A DNA stretch of 63,998 nucleotides, filler included, from Octopus bimaculoides (taxonomy: Eukaryota): assembly GCF_001194135.2 (NCBI RefSeq). It is 5 parts of 5 records of this genome, joined end to end, with 100 filler letters (N's around TTAATTAATTAA, not from the genome) between each part and the next. Parts side by side here need not be neighbours in the genome. Positions count along the whole stretch, not along the records: positions 56,614 to 61,652 come from NC_068981.1; positions 61,753 to 63,998 come from NW_026333491.1; 3 more parts are not named here. One strand, 5' to 3'. A program made the translations under genes and the position numbers. Below the pieces are notes generated by a model. It ran no database searches. It was not told where the DNA came from and saw nothing but the letters and a program-made list of their open reading frames with translations. Shown in pieces: positions 60,202 to 63,998 of the stretch (within the stretch, counting starts at the first letter, position 1; every line of letters starts with the position of its first letter).

Positions 60202-60428
60202 CTGGTATAGTATATTCTGGCTGGTTAGTTCTGACTGTTGCTCGTGAGTGGAAACCACTCATACAGTGAAGATAAAACCGCGCTTGTTGATGTTGGTGTT
60301 GTTGGCGACGACAATGGTAGACAGTACATTGGTGGTGTAGACGTCGGCGCTGGAACTGGCTGTAGCTGTGTTCTGTATGTGTGTGGTCAACGACCAGACC
60401 TGTGAGAGATCTGAAATCGAAGACGACT
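60202..60428 (-). other. Putative first exon of a minus-strand gene
   Basis: Starts at Inr-like GCAGTC 27 nt below TATAAATA; ends at donor CCAG|gtaaca; contains ATG-MSGFHSRATVRTNQPEYTIP (60262) and an overlapping out-of-frame uORF (60329-60225). Confidence 0.55.
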
Positions 60429-60590
60429 GCCGTCGTTGGATCGGGATTATTTATAGGCGAAAAAGGGCTCACCGGAAACCCAGTAAAACTCTCTATCACG
60501 TGACTTTATCCCAAAGCCACGATTGGATGTAATGCCCCCTTAGCAAGCAGAACATGGGGACAATTGCCGTGCAAATAAGAACCAATCAGG
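60428..60590 (-). promoter_or_regulatory. Pol II core and proximal promoter
   Basis: TATAAATA (60455-60448), GTCACGTGA E-box (60496-60504), CCAAT boxes (60522-26 and 60582-86), CpG-rich unique sequence. Confidence 0.65.
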
Positions 60591-60689
60591 ATAGTGAACA
60601 GAAGGGTCCAAGGTAGCCGAAGGCTAGATGTTAGCAGCTTCGTTATCATTTATGAGTGAATGCCCGAGAGAGAGGTTTCACTACAACTC

Positions 60690-61411
60690 TTTGGGAATCG
60701 ATAAAATAAATACCAGCTGAGCACTGAAGTCCATGTTATTGACATACTACACCCCTCGAAATTCCTGGCCTTGTACTAATATTCGAAACCATTATTATTC
60801 ACACTGGTTCTGAGTTCAATTTCCGCCCAGTTAACTTTACCTTTCATCTTTTCGGGCTCAATAAACCAGCATCCCCTCCCACAACATTTAAGGCCTAGTG
60901 TCTATAGTAGAAAGGATTATTATTCATAATGATTAAGTCAGTGAGCTAGTAGAATCGTTTGCACGCCGGACAAAATGCTTAGCGGCATTTTTTCCTGTTT
61001 AACGTTCTGGATTCAAATTCCACTGAGGTCGACTTTGTCTTTCATCCTTTCGGGGTCGATAAAATGAGTAGCAGTTGAGCACTGGAGTCGATGTAATCGA
61101 CTAGCATCTTCCTTTAAAACTGCTGGCTTTGTGCCAAAATTAGAAAGAATAATAATTCACATTGGTTAAGTCAGTCAGCTGGCAGAATATTTAGCACGCC
61201 GAACAAAATGTTAAACGGCATTTCTTCCGGTTTTACGTTCTGAGTCCAAATGCGTCGAGGTCAACTTTGCCTTTCATCGTTTTGGGAGTCGATAAAATAA
61301 GTACCAGTTGAGCACTAGGGTCTATATAGTCGACTAATCTCCCATCCAACCCATCTCACAAAAGAATTCAAACCTTGTGCCTACAATAGAAAGATCTTAC
61401 TCACACTGGTT
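60690..61411 (+). mobile_element. Head-to-tail array of about four SINE family A copies
   Basis: Repeated gttctg(a/g)(g/a)t(t/c)caa..gact.tgccttt core, separated by a recurring attcaca(c/t)tggtt-like linker. Confidence 0.8.
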
Positions 61412-61929
61412 TTGCTACATTAATTTTCGTTAGTGTTTGCTAAATTTGTAAAACAAATTTAAATAAATAGGCACAGGCGCTGCTGTATAGTAAGAAGCTT
61501 GCTTCGCAATCACATGGTTCCGGGTTAGGTTCCACAGCGTGGACCCTTGGGCAAGTGTCTTCTACTATATCCTCGGGCCGATCAAAGCCTTGAGTGTGAA
61601 TTTTGCTGAACAGAAGCTGAAAGAAGCCCGTCGTATATATGTATGTATATATNNNNNNNNNNNNNNNNNNNNNNNNNNNNNNNNNNNNNNNNNNNNTTAA
61701 TTAATTAANNNNNNNNNNNNNNNNNNNNNNNNNNNNNNNNNNNNNNNNNNNNTATATGTACATATATGTACATATATGTATATTCATATATATGTGTATA
61801 CATACACTTATATACATATATTTACTTATTTATTTATTTATTTATCCGTTTCAGCCAAGTGGCTGCGGTCATGCTGGAGCACCACCATGACTTTCCCTCT
61901 TTATGTATATATGGAGAGAGAGAGGTGGT

Positions 61930-61989
<60 letters not shown>

Positions 61990-62106
61990 CAGACAGAAAT
62001 TTAATTTATATGTATGTGTGTGTGTGTGTAAACAAACATATATGTTTATATATTTACATCTATTTATATCTTTATATATATATACATATATATAATATAT
62101 ATATAC

Positions 62107-62137
<31 letters not shown>

Positions 62138-62155
62138 AATTCCTATATATATTAT

Positions 62156-62189
<34 letters not shown>

Positions 62190-63727
62190 GCATGTATGTA
62201 TATATGCATACATATATGTATATACCTGTTTATCTCACAACATATACACACACACGCATACATTCACATATCTTCATGCATGTATTATACATATATCTAT
62301 ATGCAAATATATACATGTGCCTCTGTGTGTGTATTAATATATATATATATATATATATATATTCGCATATCGCCTATATATCCACATATATACATTTACA
62401 CATAATTGTACCTTCATTCATCTCTTTTATCTATATTACGCATTGTAATAGAACCACAATCGCATTGTAATAGAACCACAATCATTCTACCTATACGTGT
62501 ATACACTTATGCATGCTTATTTATGTTCTTCCATGTCGGCATGTATGTGTGTATCTTACTGTTTCGCACACATTCTGCATGAAATATAAATGCCATGTAC
62601 AGACATGGTTAAAGCCATAAAAAATTGAATCTTTATTGCCCTGGTCGGCCTAGCATTTCCTTGTACGTAGTATCCGTCTTTCCCTATAAATAATCACCCA
62701 CATTCAGACACGAAGATACACACACACACACACTCACACAGACAAACAATCACACACACACACACATGTATGTATATGTATATATTTATATGTATATTTA
62801 CATGCATATATTTATATGTATATATTTATATGTATATNNNNNNNNNNNNNNNNNNNNNNNNNNNNNNNNNNNNNNNNNNNNNNNNNNNNNNNNNNNNNNN
62901 NNNNNNNNNNNNNNNNNNNNNNNNNNNNNNNNNNNNNNNNNNNNNNNNNNNNNNNNNNNNNNNNNNNNNNNNNNNNNNNNNNNNNNNNNNNNNNNNNNNN
63001 NNNNNNNNNNNNNNNNNNNNNNNNNNNNNNNNNNNNNNNNNNNNNNNNNNNNNNNNNNNNNNNNNNNNNNNNNNNNNNNNNNNNNNNNNNNNNNNNNNNN
63101 NNNNNNNNNNNNNNNNNNNNNNNNNNNNNNNNNNNNNNNNNNNNNNNNNNNNNNNNNNNNNNNNNNNNNNNNNNNNNNNNNNNNNNNNNNNNNNNNNNNN
63201 NNNNNNNNNNNNNNNNNNNNNNNNNNNNNNNNNNNNNNNNNNNNNNNNNNNNNNNNNNNNNNNNNNNNNNNNNNNNNNNNNNNNNNNNNNNNNNNNNNNN
63301 NNNNNNNNNNNNNNNNNNNNNNNNNNNNNNNNNNNNNNNNNNNNNNNNNNNNNNNNNNNNNNNNNNNNNNNNNNNNNNNNNNNNNNNNNNNNNNNNNNNN
63401 NNNNNNNNNNNNNNNNNNNNNNNNNNNNNNNNNNNNNNNNNNNNNNNNNNNNNNNNNNNNNNNNNNNNNNNNNNNNNNNNNNNNNNNNNNNNNNNNNNNN
63501 NNNNNNNNNNNNNNNNNNNNNNNNNNNNNNNNNNNNNNNNNNNNNNNNNNNNNNNNNNNNNNNNNNNNNNNNNNNNNNNNNNNNNNNNNNNNNNNNNNNN
63601 NNNNNNNNNNNNNNNNNNNNNNNNNNNNNNNNNNNNNNNNNNNNNNNNNNNNNNNNNNNNNNNNNNNNNNNNNNNNNNNNNNNNNNNNNNNNNNNNNNNN
63701 NNNNNNNNNNNNNNNNNNNNNNNNNNN

Positions 63728-63801
<74 letters not shown>

Positions 63802-63892
63802 TAACTTGTTTGGTCATTCAGATAAGATTTTCAATCGTCCTCAGTCTCCGTTTGCGAAATCTTTGCATATGTGTTACATAATTTGAAGCATA

Positions 63893-63926
<34 letters not shown>

Positions 63927-63998
63927 CACATGCAATGCACATCTGTATATATATATATGTTTGTGTGCATGTTTGTGTGTGTATATATATATACATAC

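Noticed and set aside
60516-60526. CCACGATTGG resembling an ER-stress element
   Set aside because: Order and spacing match neither ERSE (CCAAT-N9-CCACG) nor ERSE-II (ATTGG-N-CCACG); counted only as a CCAAT box.

Overview
Repeat-saturated, gap-rich eukaryotic scaffold. The SINE/MITE families and microsatellite density point to an octopod cephalopod (inference). Two genes can be rebuilt from splice sites. (1) A two-exon, 281-aa LigB/4,5-DOPA-dioxygenase-type extradiol dioxygenase on + (29047-29479 joined to 32285-32697). Its intron holds a decayed copy of the exon-1 3' end, a long-TIR DNA element and a 355-bp near-perfect fold-back. (2) A convergent multi-exon C2H2 zinc-finger gene on - (six exons between 52570 and 42426, 5' end lost in a gap) with four C-terminal fingers and a DHCY motif. 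A TATA/Inr/E-box/CCAAT promoter and first exon on - at about 60200-60590 may belong to it. The rest is SINEs (at least four families), piggyBac-type MITEs, remnants of CR1, L1/Tx1, R4-like, mariner and Chapaev-like elements, and several Penelope-type hammerhead ribozyme motifs, one structurally complete (20974-21034). Most ORFs in the supplied track are microsatellite or N-gap artefacts. No CRISPR array, rRNA or true tRNA gene is supported.
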